Below, one piece after another: positions 43,862 through 53,725 of a DNA stretch of 64,000 bases. The translations under genes were made by a program, and so were the position numbers. The notes beneath the pieces were generated by a model that saw nothing but the letters and a program-made list of their open reading frames with translations, was not told the origin of the DNA and did not search any database. How positions within the stretch are numbered: position 1 is the stretch's first letter; the number at the start of each line of letters is the position of its first letter. The stretch is taken from contig CAZMNF010000005.1 in the NCBI GenBank assembly GCA_964567595.1, positions 305 through 64,304 of the forward strand, written 5' to 3'. Source of the stretch: an uncultured Thermotogae bacterium (GTDB taxonomy: Bacteria > Bipolaricaulota > Bipolaricaulia > RBG-16-55-9).

Positions 43862-44989
43862 GTGAACCTTCTCGAATACCAAGGCAAGGAACTGTTTGAA
43901 CGAGCCGGGCTGCCGGTTCCCGACAGCGAACTGGCCGATTCTGCCAGCGACGCCCGGGCCGCCGCGGAACGGCTCGGCCCACCCGTCGTTGTCAAAGCCC
44001 AAGTGGCCACGGGCGGCCGTGGCAAGGCCGGAGGTGTCAAGGTTGCCAAGTCGGCTGAGGAGGCCGAGTCGGCGGCCCACGAGCTGCTGGAGATGACCAT
44101 CCAAGGCGAGCCGGTCAAACGGCTCATGGTTGCGGACGCCGTTGACATCGCCAACGAGTATTACCTGGGCATCACGCTGGATCGGGCGAAGCGATCGCCC
44201 GTGCTGATCTTCTCCACCCAAGGCGGCGTGGACATCGAGGAGGTTGCCGAGACCTCGCCGGACGAGATTCATCGCGTCCATGTGTCTCCCTTGGAGGGCC
44301 TACAGGCTTATCAGTTGCGCAAGGTCTTCTTCGAGGCCCAGGTCCCGACGGAGCAGTTGAAGGAGCTCGTCAAGACGGCCCAGGCGCTCTACCGGGCGTT
44401 TGAGGCCTATCGGGCCCAGCTCGTGGAGATCAACCCGCTGGTCGTCCTGACCGACGGGTCGCTGTCGGCCATCGATTCCAAATTCATCCTCGACGACAGC
44501 GATCTGCCGGACGACGTGCCGGAGGGCCACGGCGAGGGCGTCGACCCGCTGGAACAGCAAGCCAATGACGCCGGGCTCCAGTACGTCAAACTCGACGGCC
44601 ACGTCGGGATTATCGGCAACGGTGCCGGCCTCGTGATGTCCACGCTCGACGTCGTCCAGCTCAAGGGCGGCGCGCCCGCCAACTTCCTCGACATCGGCGG
44701 CGGCGCCTCGGCCGAGCAGATGGAGACCGCGCTCCGTCTGGTGCTGAGCGACGGCGAGGTCACGGGCGTGTTGATCAACATCTTCGGCGGCATCACGCGC
44801 TGCGATCTCGTCGCGCAGGGCATCGCGCAGGCGGCCGAATCCCTCGACATCCAAGTGCCCGTCGTCGTGCGGCTTGTCGGCACGAACGAGGCCGAGGGCC
44901 GCGAGATCTTGGAGAGCGTCGAGGGGCTGCATGCCGTATCCGCCATGGAGGCCGGTGCGGAGCAGATCGCCGAGCTGACCCGTTCCTGA
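43862..44989 (+). CDS. sucC: Succinate--CoA ligase (ADP-forming) beta subunit
   Basis: GTG start. MNLLEYQGKELFERAGLPVP, VVVKAQVATGGRGKAGGVK, GIIGNGAGLVMSTLD and NIFGGITRCD. Confidence 0.9.
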   Translation: MNLLEYQGKELFERAGLPVPDSELADSASDARAAAERLGPPVVVKAQVATGGRGKAGGVKVAKSAEEAESAAHELLEMTIQGEPVKRLMVADAVDIANEYYLGITLDRAKRSPVLIFSTQGGVDIEEVAETSPDEIHRVHVSPLEGLQAYQLRKVFFEAQVPTEQLKELVKTAQALYRAFEAYRAQLVEINPLVVLTDGSLSAIDSKFILDDSDLPDDVPEGHGEGVDPLEQQANDAGLQYVKLDGHVGIIGNGAGLVMSTLDVVQLKGGAPANFLDIGGGASAEQMETALRLVLSDGEVTGVLINIFGGITRCDLVAQGIAQAAESLDIQVPVVVRLVGTNEAEGREILESVEGLHAVSAMEAGAEQIAELTRS

Positions 44990-45069
44990 TCCGTTGCTGA
45001 GCCGGGCGTGCACAACCGACGGCTGGACGGTATCGTAAATCCAATCTGTACAAAGCGAGGGAGCATCCG

Positions 45070-47130
45070 ATGAGCATTGCCCGTACGGTCGCGTTCAGCG
45101 CGCTGGTGTTGGCGCTCGGCGTTATGACCTGGTCGGCGAGCGGCCAAGACTCGTCGCCGTCGTTCCTGTTCATGGACGAGCTCGAGGCCGGCATGGAAGG
45201 GATCGGGAAGACGACGGTCCGCGGCAACGAGATGGCGACGTTCAACGTCGAAGTCGTCGGGACGGTGGACAATCCGGGCGACACCAACGACTACATCATG
45301 GTCCGATCCCACGGCGAGGCGATTGAGGCGGCCGGCGGCTACGCACAGGGCATGAGCGGCAGCCCCATCTACATCGACGACAAGCTGATTGGCGCATTCT
45401 ACGGCGCGTTTGCGTTCAACGACAGCGCCGATCCGATCGGGTTTGTCCGGCCGATCGAGACGATGCTGCCCCTCGCCGAAAGCGTCGCCCAACAAGCCGC
45501 CGACGAGGACGAGCAGCAGGGCATGTTCGACCCGCAGACCCCGGCTCATCCGGCCCTGGCCAGTGCGCTCTCCGAAGCCCTGCCCAATGACATCGACGAG
45601 GTCCAATACGCGTCCACGTCTCCCTCGCTGGCCGAACGACAAGCCCACCCGGAGACCGCTTACGCCGTTCCCATGAGCACGTCGCTGTGGGTCGGCGGAT
45701 TGAGCGGCCGGGCGCTCGAGGCCCTCAAGTCCGGCGTGTCATCTGAGGCCTTGGCCACGGGTGGACACGGGCTCCCAAACCTCGGTGGGGCCGTCACCGA
45801 TCGACTGCGTGACACCTTGACCACGGGCGTGCAAGACCGATTTGATAAGCGCGTGCTGCCCATGGCGTCCGCGCAAGAGGGCGCCGAATCGGAGAACGGA
45901 TTTGCCGAGCTGGAGGCCGGTCGCCCCATGTCGGCACAGCTCGCCCAGGGCGACGTCTCCTTCGGCAGCGTCTGCACGACGAGCTACGTCGACCCAGCGT
46001 CCAGCGTCCTGCTCGCGTGCGGGCACCAGATCTTCATGACCGGCGAGTCGAGCATGTTCCTGAGCAAGGCGCGCGTCGTGGACACGGTCAATAGCGCCCA
46101 AATTTCCTTCGTATTGCCGCAGGTGAGCCGAGAGACCATCCACGGCACCGTTCGTCAAGATCGCACGCAGGCCATCGGCGCCTCGCTCGGCGACGAGCCC
46201 CGCTCCATCGATCTGAACGCCAAGGTCGTCGACAGAACCCGGAGCAAGGAGCGCGAATTCCAAGTCCGCATGGCCGAAAGCGGCAACTTGCTGGGATCGC
46301 TCGTCTACTCCAGCCTGTTGCAGGCCGTGGACGAGACCATCAATCGCATCGGTCAGGGAACCATGCGCATCAGCTATTCGATCGACGGCGAGAATTTGCC
46401 CCAGTCCCTGGAGCGGAACGACGTGTTCGCCAGCCAGAGCGACGTCGCCGTCCAAGGCCCCCTCCAAGTGGCCCAAGCGGTTCTGCTGCTCAAGCAGAAC
46501 GAGTTCCAGGAACCGAAGGTTTCCAACGTGGACGTCGAGATCGAGGTCAAGGAGCCGCTGCAACAGTTCCGGGTCGTGGAGATCAGCACGGGCAATGAGA
46601 GCTACCAACCCGGCGACACGATCCAGTACACGGCCACGCTGCGGGCGTTCCGCGGCGAGGAGCAAACCGTTGAGGGCGAGGTCGAGCTGCCGGACGACGT
46701 CCGACCGCGCCAGGTGACATTGAGGATCTCCGGCGGCGCGCAGCAGCAACAGCAATCGAACAACAGCGGGTCGGAGACGCCGCAATTTTCCGATCTGGAA
46801 GGGCTCATCAGAGCCGTCGAAGACTCAGAGACGAACGATCAGCTCACGGTCGAGTTGCTCGGCTTGCCCAACTCGCCAACCAACGGGGACGCCGACGAGC
46901 GCCAGACCGCCTCAGCTTCCTTCGGCGACGTCAAACGGCTCGGCAACGGCATCGTCACGGGCGAGGACCGGACGTCGCTCAAAATCAACCGGGCGAGCGA
47001 CGACGGCGATCGGGGCGAGTCCGAGGCCGGCGAGGACTCGGACGACTCAACCGACGACCCCGACACTGACGATGAAGAGTCTTCGGACGACGAGGCCGAC
47101 GATGGCTGTTCGTCGAACTACTACTGCTAA
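45070..47130 (+). CDS. Secreted SpoIVB-like (peptidase S55) domain protein with acidic Cys-terminated tail
   Basis: Signal peptide MSIARTVAFSALVLALGVMTWSASG. The N-terminal region with GMSGSPIYIDDKLIGA resembles the S55 catalytic Ser motif. Tail ends DDEADDGCSSNYYC. Confidence 0.55.
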   Translation: MSIARTVAFSALVLALGVMTWSASGQDSSPSFLFMDELEAGMEGIGKTTVRGNEMATFNVEVVGTVDNPGDTNDYIMVRSHGEAIEAAGGYAQGMSGSPIYIDDKLIGAFYGAFAFNDSADPIGFVRPIETMLPLAESVAQQAADEDEQQGMFDPQTPAHPALASALSEALPNDIDEVQYASTSPSLAERQAHPETAYAVPMSTSLWVGGLSGRALEALKSGVSSEALATGGHGLPNLGGAVTDRLRDTLTTGVQDRFDKRVLPMASAQEGAESENGFAELEAGRPMSAQLAQGDVSFGSVCTTSYVDPASSVLLACGHQIFMTGESSMFLSKARVVDTVNSAQISFVLPQVSRETIHGTVRQDRTQAIGASLGDEPRSIDLNAKVVDRTRSKEREFQVRMAESGNLLGSLVYSSLLQAVDETINRIGQGTMRISYSIDGENLPQSLERNDVFASQSDVAVQGPLQVAQAVLLLKQNEFQEPKVSNVDVEIEVKEPLQQFRVVEISTGNESYQPGDTIQYTATLRAFRGEEQTVEGEVELPDDVRPRQVTLRISGGAQQQQQSNNSGSETPQFSDLEGLIRAVEDSETNDQLTVELLGLPNSPTNGDADERQTASASFGDVKRLGNGIVTGEDRTSLKINRASDDGDRGESEAGEDSDDSTDDPDTDDEESSDDEADDGCSSNYYC

Positions 47131-47145
47131 CCGTCGACTGACGAC

Positions 47146-48537
47146 ATGCGATCAATCGGGTGGGTCGCCGAGGTCCTGGATGCCCCGATCCATTTTCCAA
47201 ATCGGGCGCAACCCCTGACCGGCGCTTCCATCGACAGTCGGGCGATCCAGCCCGGCCAGCTGTTCGTCGCGCTCCCGGGCGAGCGCACGGACGGCCATCG
47301 GTTTCTGGAGGACGCGTTCCGCCGAGGGGCGGGCGGCGCGATCGTTCGCAACCTCCCCACGGGCGGTCGGGAACACCTGACCAACTGCATCCAAGTCCCC
47401 CACCCACTCGAAGCTCTCCAGGAGCTGGCCGCCCAGCGCCGGGCTGAGTTGTCCATCCCGATCCTCGGGATCACCGGCAGCGCCGGCAAGACGACGACGA
47501 AGGAATTGATCCATGCCGTCCTCAGCGAGCAGTATCGCGCGTATCGCGCCCCGGGCAACTTCAACACCGAGATCGGGCTTCCGCTGGCGCTGCTCAACAT
47601 GCCGGACGATATTGACGTCGCTGTCGTCGAGATGGGCCTACAGCGCCCGGGCGACATCCGAGAGCTTGCCGACATTGGCCGGCCCACTCACGGCGTGTTG
47701 ACAAGCATCGGCGACGCGCACATCGGCCATTTCCGCGATCAAGCTGAGCTGGCTCGCGAAAAGTGGACGCTCATGGCGGCCGTGCCCGCGGAGGGAACGG
47801 CGGTGCTCAACGTCGACACGCCCTTCGCCGCCGAATGGAGTCAGCATCTGGCCTGCGAGACGTGGACGCTCGGCCTCGAGCGCGCGGACGTCGACACGGG
47901 CGCCATCGACATCAACGACAGGCGGCTCGACGGCTTGGCCCTGGACGCGTCGGTCAAGGGCCGAGCGGTTCCGCTCGAGACCCAACTGCTCGGTCGTCAG
48001 AACGCGTACGCCGTGCTGGCAGCACTCGCGACGGGCCGAAGCTTTGAGGTCCCCATCGAGGCCATCCAGCGGGCAATCGCGTCATTCTCCCCCATACCGC
48101 ACCGCATGGAACTTAAGCGAGCGCCTCGGCACGGCCTCATCGTGGACGACACCTACAACGCCAGTCCGACCGCCGTCCGCGCGGCGCTACGGACGCTGGC
48201 TCGCCTCGAGGAGGACATCCCAAAGCTCGCCATTCTTGGCGACATGCGGGAGCTGGGCGAGCGGGCCGACGCCGAGCACGCATCGCTGGCAGATGACCTC
48301 ACCGCGCTCGGCATCGACACGGTCCTGACGATCGGCAACCGCGCCAAGCGCATCACGGATCGTTTGCGCCAGCGGCACGGATGGTCGACGGATCGTGCGA
48401 GCCATGCAGCCGACGTTGAGGATTTGGAGCGCCAGCTGGCCAAGCGTACGCGCGAAGACGACACGCTGATCCTCGTGAAAGGCTCTCGTGCCATGGAATT
48501 GGACGGGTTCGTCGATCGCCTGGTGACGCGGACTTGA
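47146..48537 (+). CDS. murF: UDP-N-acetylmuramoyl-tripeptide--D-alanyl-D-alanine ligase
   Basis: DSRAIQPGQLFVALPGERTDGHRF, the GITGSAGKTTTKE P-loop and DDTYNASP. Confidence 0.92.
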   Translation: MRSIGWVAEVLDAPIHFPNRAQPLTGASIDSRAIQPGQLFVALPGERTDGHRFLEDAFRRGAGGAIVRNLPTGGREHLTNCIQVPHPLEALQELAAQRRAELSIPILGITGSAGKTTTKELIHAVLSEQYRAYRAPGNFNTEIGLPLALLNMPDDIDVAVVEMGLQRPGDIRELADIGRPTHGVLTSIGDAHIGHFRDQAELAREKWTLMAAVPAEGTAVLNVDTPFAAEWSQHLACETWTLGLERADVDTGAIDINDRRLDGLALDASVKGRAVPLETQLLGRQNAYAVLAALATGRSFEVPIEAIQRAIASFSPIPHRMELKRAPRHGLIVDDTYNASPTAVRAALRTLARLEEDIPKLAILGDMRELGERADAEHASLADDLTALGIDTVLTIGNRAKRITDRLRQRHGWSTDRASHAADVEDLERQLAKRTREDDTLILVKGSRAMELDGFVDRLVTRT

Positions 48538-48724
48538 GCGCCGGAACCCTCTCAGCAGGGATGAGAGCGTTCTCGACCGGTGCCGTCCAACGCGACGAAG
48601 CCAACCCATAAACCGCTCCAGAAGCGCCCGTTTAGGCGTCGACGTGCAGTGGCCTTAGCGGGTCGGATGATCCATGAGACGCGGTCGCCCGAAAGCACCC
48701 GGGATCCAACGATCCCCTCTGTCT

Positions 48725-48753
48725 TTGCGTTGTTTGCGCAAATCGGTTATATA
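48725..48753 (+). promoter_or_regulatory. Sigma-70-like promoter for lspA-tmk-dnaN (leaderless geometry)
   Basis: TTGCGT-17 nt-TATATA. The -10 ends 8 nt before ATG 48762, and there is no SD. Confidence 0.45.
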
Positions 48754-48761
48754 CGAGGCAT

Positions 48762-49247
48762 ATGGTGACCACTGTCCGTCGCATAACGTGGCCCTCGCTC
48801 AGCGGCGCTGCCGCCATTGCGGCTGCTGATCAGGCCAGCAAGGCCGTGGTCGTACGTTCCATACCGCGCCCATTGAGGGTGTGGGACGGAGGTCTCGGCT
48901 ACGTCGAGATCGACTTGGCGCGGAACAGCGGCGGCGCGTTCAGCCTCTTCGCCGACTACGGGACGGCACTCACGGTGGTCACCGGAATGGTGATTGTCGC
49001 GATCGTCGCCGTGCTGCTCTCAGGGCGGGTTACCCACCCCCTGGCCTCAGTCGGGCTCACGGGGATCGTTGGCGGGGCGCTGGGGAACTTCATCGATCGA
49101 GCGCGACTCGGCTACGTCGTCGACTTCATCGAGATCGGGGCCTCGTCGACGCTGCGCTGGCCCACGTTCAACGTGGCCGACACGTCGATTGTGGTCGGGA
49201 CGGGGCTTTTGGTGTTCTATCTCTTGCGCAGCGAGGTGCAAGCGTGA
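48762..49247 (+). CDS. lspA: Lipoprotein signal peptidase (signal peptidase II)
   Basis: DQASKAVV, NSGGAFSLF, GGALGNFIDR, VVDFIE and FNVADTSIVVG motifs. Confidence 0.9.
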   Translation: MVTTVRRITWPSLSGAAAIAAADQASKAVVVRSIPRPLRVWDGGLGYVEIDLARNSGGAFSLFADYGTALTVVTGMVIVAIVAVLLSGRVTHPLASVGLTGIVGGALGNFIDRARLGYVVDFIEIGASSTLRWPTFNVADTSIVVGTGLLVFYLLRSEVQA

Positions 49248-49906
49248 TCAACGGAACGTTCATCGCGTTGGAAGGGATCGACGGCAGCGGCAAGACGACC
49301 CATTTGGCCCGCCTCGCTGATCACATGCGCGGCCTTGGCCACGACGTCGTCACCGTGGAGGAGCCGGGCGGCACGGACGTCGGCGAGCGGCTGCGGGAGC
49401 TGCTTCTGCACGCCCGCGGCACATTGGCTCCGTTGAGCGAGCTGCTCATGCTCGAAGCATCCCGCCATGAACTCGTCCGCCAGGAGATTCGCCCGGCGTT
49501 GGGGCGAGGCGCCGTCGTCCTCTCCCATCGCTACGATTACTCCAGCGTTGCCTACCAGGGCTACGGGCGCCAGCTGGACCCGAACCTGATCCGTCATCTG
49601 AACGCGGAAGCGACTCAGGGCGTCCGTCCGTCGGTGGTGCTCTGGCTGGATATTCCGACGGAGGTGGCATGGCAGCGCCTGCAGGAGGCACGCCGACCCG
49701 ATCGATTGGAGGCGGAAGGATCGGCGTTTCTCGAGCGCGTGGCCGAGGGCTATCACGCCCTGGCTCAGGAATGCCCCGAGATGGTTCGCATTGACGCCAA
49801 TCAAGCCGCCGATGAGCTCTTCGAGGCTCTGTTGAGAGCCATCGAGCGCGAGACCGCTTTGCCGATGGCGTCAGGGGAAGGAGGATTCAATGGAATTTCA
49901 GTGTGA
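49244..49906 (+). CDS. tmk: Thymidylate kinase
   Basis: GTG 49244 overlaps the lspA stop as GTGA. FIALEGIDGSGKTT P-loop, EPGGT and DRYDYSSVAYQG. Confidence 0.88.
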   Translation: MINGTFIALEGIDGSGKTTHLARLADHMRGLGHDVVTVEEPGGTDVGERLRELLLHARGTLAPLSELLMLEASRHELVRQEIRPALGRGAVVLSHRYDYSSVAYQGYGRQLDPNLIRHLNAEATQGVRPSVVLWLDIPTEVAWQRLQEARRPDRLEAEGSAFLERVAEGYHALAQECPEMVRIDANQAADELFEALLRAIERETALPMASGEGGFNGISV

Positions 49907-51014
49907 TAAAGCTGCGATGGCGTTCGGCGTGAAAACGGCCAGTCGGGCCCTGGGCTCGGGGAGCACGTTGCCCATCCTCGCCGGGTTGAAGCTGTCCGTG
50001 CAGGGAGCCGAGCTCAAGCTCGTCGCGACCGACCTCGAACGCGCGATCACGACCACGATCCCGATCGAGAACGAGGGCGGCGATGGCGAATGCGTGCTGA
50101 GCGGCCAGCTGCTCAACAAGATTACGGGTCGCCTCCCGGCCGACACGGTCAGGGTTCAGATGGACGAGGCGGGCGACAAGCTCGTCATCAGCTCGGGCGA
50201 CGCCACATTCGAGCTGCTGCTGTTGCCCTTGGAGGACTTTCCGGACATTCCCGAGGTGCCGGAGGGGTCGCTCTGTCCCATTGAGCGCGAGCGCCTGGTG
50301 CGGGCGTTGGAGCGCACGACGTTTGCGGCGATGAGCGCGCGCGAGACATCGCGGCTCAACCTCACGGGCGTCGACATCCTGACCGAGGGCCAGTCGATGA
50401 AGCTGGTGGCCACCAACGGCTACCGACTGGCGCTCAAGGAGGAACAGCTCCCGTCCGAGCCGCCCGAGGGCGAGTACCTCGTCGACGCCGATGCCCTGAA
50501 GGACCTGCAGAGCATCCTGAGCAGCCTCGACGACGAGACCGTCACGCTGGCCCATGGCAGCGACCATCTGTTCGCCCAGACCGAGGGGGTTACCTTTGCG
50601 GCGCGCTTGATCCAGGAGGAGTATCCGGACTTTGAGCGGGTCATCCCCTCGGACAACTCGGTCGGCCTGCGTCTCAATCGCGACGCGTTTCTCGACGCGC
50701 TCGGCCGCGCGGAGATCACCACGGCGACCGAATCCGGCGCCGTCATTCTCGAATCGCGGGACGGCTCGCTCGTGGTGCGCTCCTCGTCCGCGGAGAAGGG
50801 ACAGGCCGAGGAGCGCGTCCCGCTGCTCAAGGACGCCGAGTCCCTGTCCGTCTCCTTCCGCGGCGAGTACCTCATCGACGCGCTGAGGCGCATGACGTCC
50901 TCGGAAGTCGTTCTGTGGCTCAAGGACGGCGAGAGCGCGGGGCTATTGGAGCCGAGCGACGGCGAGGACGACCAGGGATTCCTCTACGTCTGCATGCCGA
51001 TCCGCATGGATTGA
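49890..51014 (+). CDS. dnaN: DNA polymerase III beta subunit (sliding clamp)
   Basis: LPILAGLKLSV, KLVATDLERA, LVATNGYRLAL, EYPDFERVIP and a C-terminal YVCMPIRMD. Overlaps tmk by 17 nt. Confidence 0.9.
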   Translation: MEFQCDKAAMAFGVKTASRALGSGSTLPILAGLKLSVQGAELKLVATDLERAITTTIPIENEGGDGECVLSGQLLNKITGRLPADTVRVQMDEAGDKLVISSGDATFELLLLPLEDFPDIPEVPEGSLCPIERERLVRALERTTFAAMSARETSRLNLTGVDILTEGQSMKLVATNGYRLALKEEQLPSEPPEGEYLVDADALKDLQSILSSLDDETVTLAHGSDHLFAQTEGVTFAARLIQEEYPDFERVIPSDNSVGLRLNRDAFLDALGRAEITTATESGAVILESRDGSLVVRSSSAEKGQAEERVPLLKDAESLSVSFRGEYLIDALRRMTSSEVVLWLKDGESAGLLEPSDGEDDQGFLYVCMPIRMD

Positions 51015-51139
51015 GGCCCAGCCACGAACGGCGGATCGATGGCTCGAGGGACACACTTTGCTCGATAGGACAGCTTCGATGAACGAACGCCGGCTGAGCT
51101 CGCTGGGCGAGGACTCCATCCGGCGGGAACTCCATCCAA

Positions 51140-51179
51140 GCGGCAGCCTTTGCAGAGAGGGGGGGCAAGCGACTGCCGC
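51140..51179. terminator. Imperfect long hairpin in the convergent dnaN/ftsZ gap (candidate bidirectional terminator)
   Basis: gcggcag...ctgccgc outer 7-bp stem with inner cttgc/gcaag pairing. It lies 11 nt from the ftsZ stop, and TT follows on the minus strand. Confidence 0.4.
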
Positions 51180-51189
51180 TCCCTATTAA

Positions 51190-52356
51190 TCAGTCCTCGT
51201 CGTCGCCCCCATCGTCGCCGCGTCGGCGTATGAAGGTAGGGATGTCCCAATCGCCGGGGCGTTCGCGTTTCTCTCTCGCGGGCGGGTCGTCGCTGTGGTT
51301 GTTGCGGTCGTGGTTGAACTGCGCCTCGTACTCCTTGAACTCGTCCTCGGATTCCAGCTCCTCGAATTCCTCGTCCTCGATCGGCTTGAACCCGGTGGCG
51401 ATCAGGGTGATCTTCAATCCGTCGAAGTCGTTTTTGACCGTCGTGCCAAAGAAGATGTCGGCGGACTCGCTGACGGCTTCTCGGATCAGCTGGGCGGCTT
51501 CCGTCACCTCTTCCAGCGTCAGATCCATGCCGCCGGTGATGTTCATGATGACGCGCTGGGCACCCTCGACTGAGCCTTCCAGCAACGGACTCGTGATCGC
51601 GCTGCGGGCGGCCTCGCGGGTGCGCCCCTCGCCTTCGCCTTCGCCGATGCCCATGAGCGCCGTGCCGGCCTTGCGCATGGTCGTCTCCACGTCGGCGAAG
51701 TCCATGTTGATCATGCCGGGGGTCGTGATCAGGTCAGTGATGCCCTGCACGCCCTGGCGCAGAATGTCGTCCACGAGGTCAAACGCTTGCATCAAGGGAA
51801 GATCGGCGGGCGCGACTTTCAGAAGCCGGTCGTTCGGGATCGTGATGAGCGTGTCCACGTACTGGCGCAGCTCCTCGATGCCCTTCTTGCAGCGTTCGGC
51901 CCGTTGATGACCCTCAAAGGCGAACGGCCGCGTCACGATCCCGACGTTGAGCACGCCGGCTTCCTGGGCCAATCGGGCGATCACGGGCGCCGCGCCCGTG
52001 CCGGTGCCGCCGCCCATGCCCGACGTGATAAAGAGCATGTCGATATCTTCCAGGATGTCGTGGAGGTCGCCCTCGGACTCCTCGGCCGCGCGGCGCCCCA
52101 CGTCGGGGTCGCCGCCAGCTCCCAAGCCCCCGGTCAGCTTGGAGCCGATCTGGACGTGTTGGTGCGCTTCAATCACTTCGAGCACCTGCGCGTCGGTGTT
52201 GACGGCCACGAGGTCCACGTCCTTGACCTTGTCCTGCACCATCCGACTGACGGCATTGCACCCGCCGCCACCGACCCCGACGACTCGAATGCGGGCGAGT
52301 CCGTTGTTGCTGCGTGCCCGTTCCATGACTCGCTCCTCCCTCATCTCTTGTCCCAC
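51190..52356 (-). CDS. ftsZ: Cell division protein FtsZ
   Basis: GVGGGGCNAV, the GGGTGTGAAPV tubulin signature and a C-terminal DIPTFIRRR peptide. The exact start is uncertain among several N-terminal Met codons. Confidence 0.95.
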   Translation of the reverse strand: MGQEMREERVMERARSNNGLARIRVVGVGGGGCNAVSRMVQDKVKDVDLVAVNTDAQVLEVIEAHQHVQIGSKLTGGLGAGGDPDVGRRAAEESEGDLHDILEDIDMLFITSGMGGGTGTGAAPVIARLAQEAGVLNVGIVTRPFAFEGHQRAERCKKGIEELRQYVDTLITIPNDRLLKVAPADLPLMQAFDLVDDILRQGVQGITDLITTPGMINMDFADVETTMRKAGTALMGIGEGEGEGRTREAARSAITSPLLEGSVEGAQRVIMNITGGMDLTLEEVTEAAQLIREAVSESADIFFGTTVKNDFDGLKITLIATGFKPIEDEEFEELESEDEFKEYEAQFNHDRNNHSDDPPAREKRERPGDWDIPTFIRRRGDDGGDDED

Positions 52357-52359
52357 ACG

Positions 52360-53643
52360 CTAGCTGGCCGATCCGCGAAAGACCTGGTTGAGCCAGCGGA
52401 GGACCTTGGTGAAGACCGTGTCGTCGCCGCGACCGTTGCGTCGGGGACTGCCGACTTCGTCGTGGCGGCCTTCGCCGTAGCGGAAGTCGAACTCGCGCGA
52501 GTCCATGGCGTATTTCAACAAGCCGATCGCCGTTGCGTAGACGGGGCTCTCCACGATATCGCGCAGTCCATGGATCCCTTGGGGCGTCTTCCCCCGGCGA
52601 ACGGCGACGTTGTAGCGCTCCTGGACGAACTCCGGAATCCCTTTCAACAGCGCCGTCCCCCCGGTCAGCACGATGCCGGCCGGGACCAGGTCGCGGTATC
52701 CCGCGTCCTCGATTTCGCCCATCGCCAAGTCGAAGAGCTCTTCCAGCCGCGGCTCGATGATCTTGGCCAACTTCCGCTTGCTGATGCTCTTCTTCTCGCC
52801 GCTGATCGTGGTAATCTCGAAGCGCTCTTCCCCGCTGACCTCGTCCACCCGCGGAAGCCCCTCAGTCCGTTTGATCCGCTCGGCCTCCTGGTATTCGACC
52901 TTCAGGCCGACCGTGATGTCGTTGGTGATGTGCTCGCCCGCGATGGGCAAAATTTTGGAAAACCAGATGTCGCCGCGTCGGAAGATCGCGATGTCGGTCG
53001 TGCCGCCGCCGATGTCCATGAGCACGACACCGAGCTCTTTCTCGGCCTCGGAGAGCACGGCGTAGCTGCTGGCCAGCGGCTGGAGCACGATCTTTTCGAT
53101 GTCGATGCCGACGTTGGTCACGCAGCGGTAAATGTTGTGCACGGCCGTCATGGAGCCCGTCACGATGTGGACGTCGACTTCCAGTCGGGTGCCGGTCATG
53201 CCGACCGGGTCCGTGATCCCCTCCTGGCCGTCCACGATGTACTGGCGCGGGATCACGTGGATCAGTTCGGCGTCGGGGGCGATCTGAATCGCCTGCGCCG
53301 TGTCGATGACGCGTCGCACATCGTCGGTCGTGATCGTGCGATTGTCGCGGGAGATGCTGACCGTGCCGGAGTTGTTGATGGAGGTGATATGCTTGCCGGC
53401 AATGCCGGCAAAGACGTGGTCGATCTCCATGTCGGCCATGTTTTCGGCTTCGTCGATCGACCGTCGAATGGAATTGGTCGTCTCGCCGATGTCGACGACG
53501 ACGCCCTTCTCTAGGCCACGAGATGGAGCCTTGCCCATGCCGATGATCTCAATGACCCCGTTCTCGACACTCCCGACGAGGGTCACGACCTTCGTCGTGC
53601 CGATGTCGAGCCCGATGAGCAAGCCCCCGTTCCCTCTCACCAT
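52360..53643 (-). CDS. ftsA: Cell division protein FtsA
   Basis: LIGLDIGTTKV, LMDIGGGTTDIAIF and the actin-like ASKHA fold. Located immediately upstream of ftsZ. Confidence 0.93.
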   Translation of the reverse strand: MVRGNGGLLIGLDIGTTKVVTLVGSVENGVIEIIGMGKAPSRGLEKGVVVDIGETTNSIRRSIDEAENMADMEIDHVFAGIAGKHITSINNSGTVSISRDNRTITTDDVRRVIDTAQAIQIAPDAELIHVIPRQYIVDGQEGITDPVGMTGTRLEVDVHIVTGSMTAVHNIYRCVTNVGIDIEKIVLQPLASSYAVLSEAEKELGVVLMDIGGGTTDIAIFRRGDIWFSKILPIAGEHITNDITVGLKVEYQEAERIKRTEGLPRVDEVSGEERFEITTISGEKKSISKRKLAKIIEPRLEELFDLAMGEIEDAGYRDLVPAGIVLTGGTALLKGIPEFVQERYNVAVRRGKTPQGIHGLRDIVESPVYATAIGLLKYAMDSREFDFRYGEGRHDEVGSPRRNGRGDDTVFTKVLRWLNQVFRGSAS

Positions 53644-53725
53644 GGTTTCATCCCTCTCACCGCCTCAAGAGCGGGGGTGATCTCTTCATCTTGGGGGAGA
53701 GTCCAGAGCCTTGTCAAGCCTGGTC

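Noticed and set aside
48538-48724. A gap of about 190 nt after murF, inspected for a riboswitch or sRNA
   Set aside because: Only a 6-bp hairpin (ctctca-gcaggga-tgagag, 48549-48567) and the lspA promoter are evident. I could not recognise any known RNA family by eye. A covariance-model scan (Rfam/Infernal) would be needed.
51787-53514. 575-aa plus-strand ORF; similar long ORFs at 30477-31661(-), 33309-34937(+), 45739-46785(-), 58754-59875(+), 23896-25284(+) and 1-1278(+)
   Set aside because: All are antisense or out of frame relative to genes with strong family signatures (ftsZ/ftsA, PIN-ATPase, DUF445, S55 peptidase, murD, fabG/fabD, rhomboid). I judge them to be high-GC artefacts.
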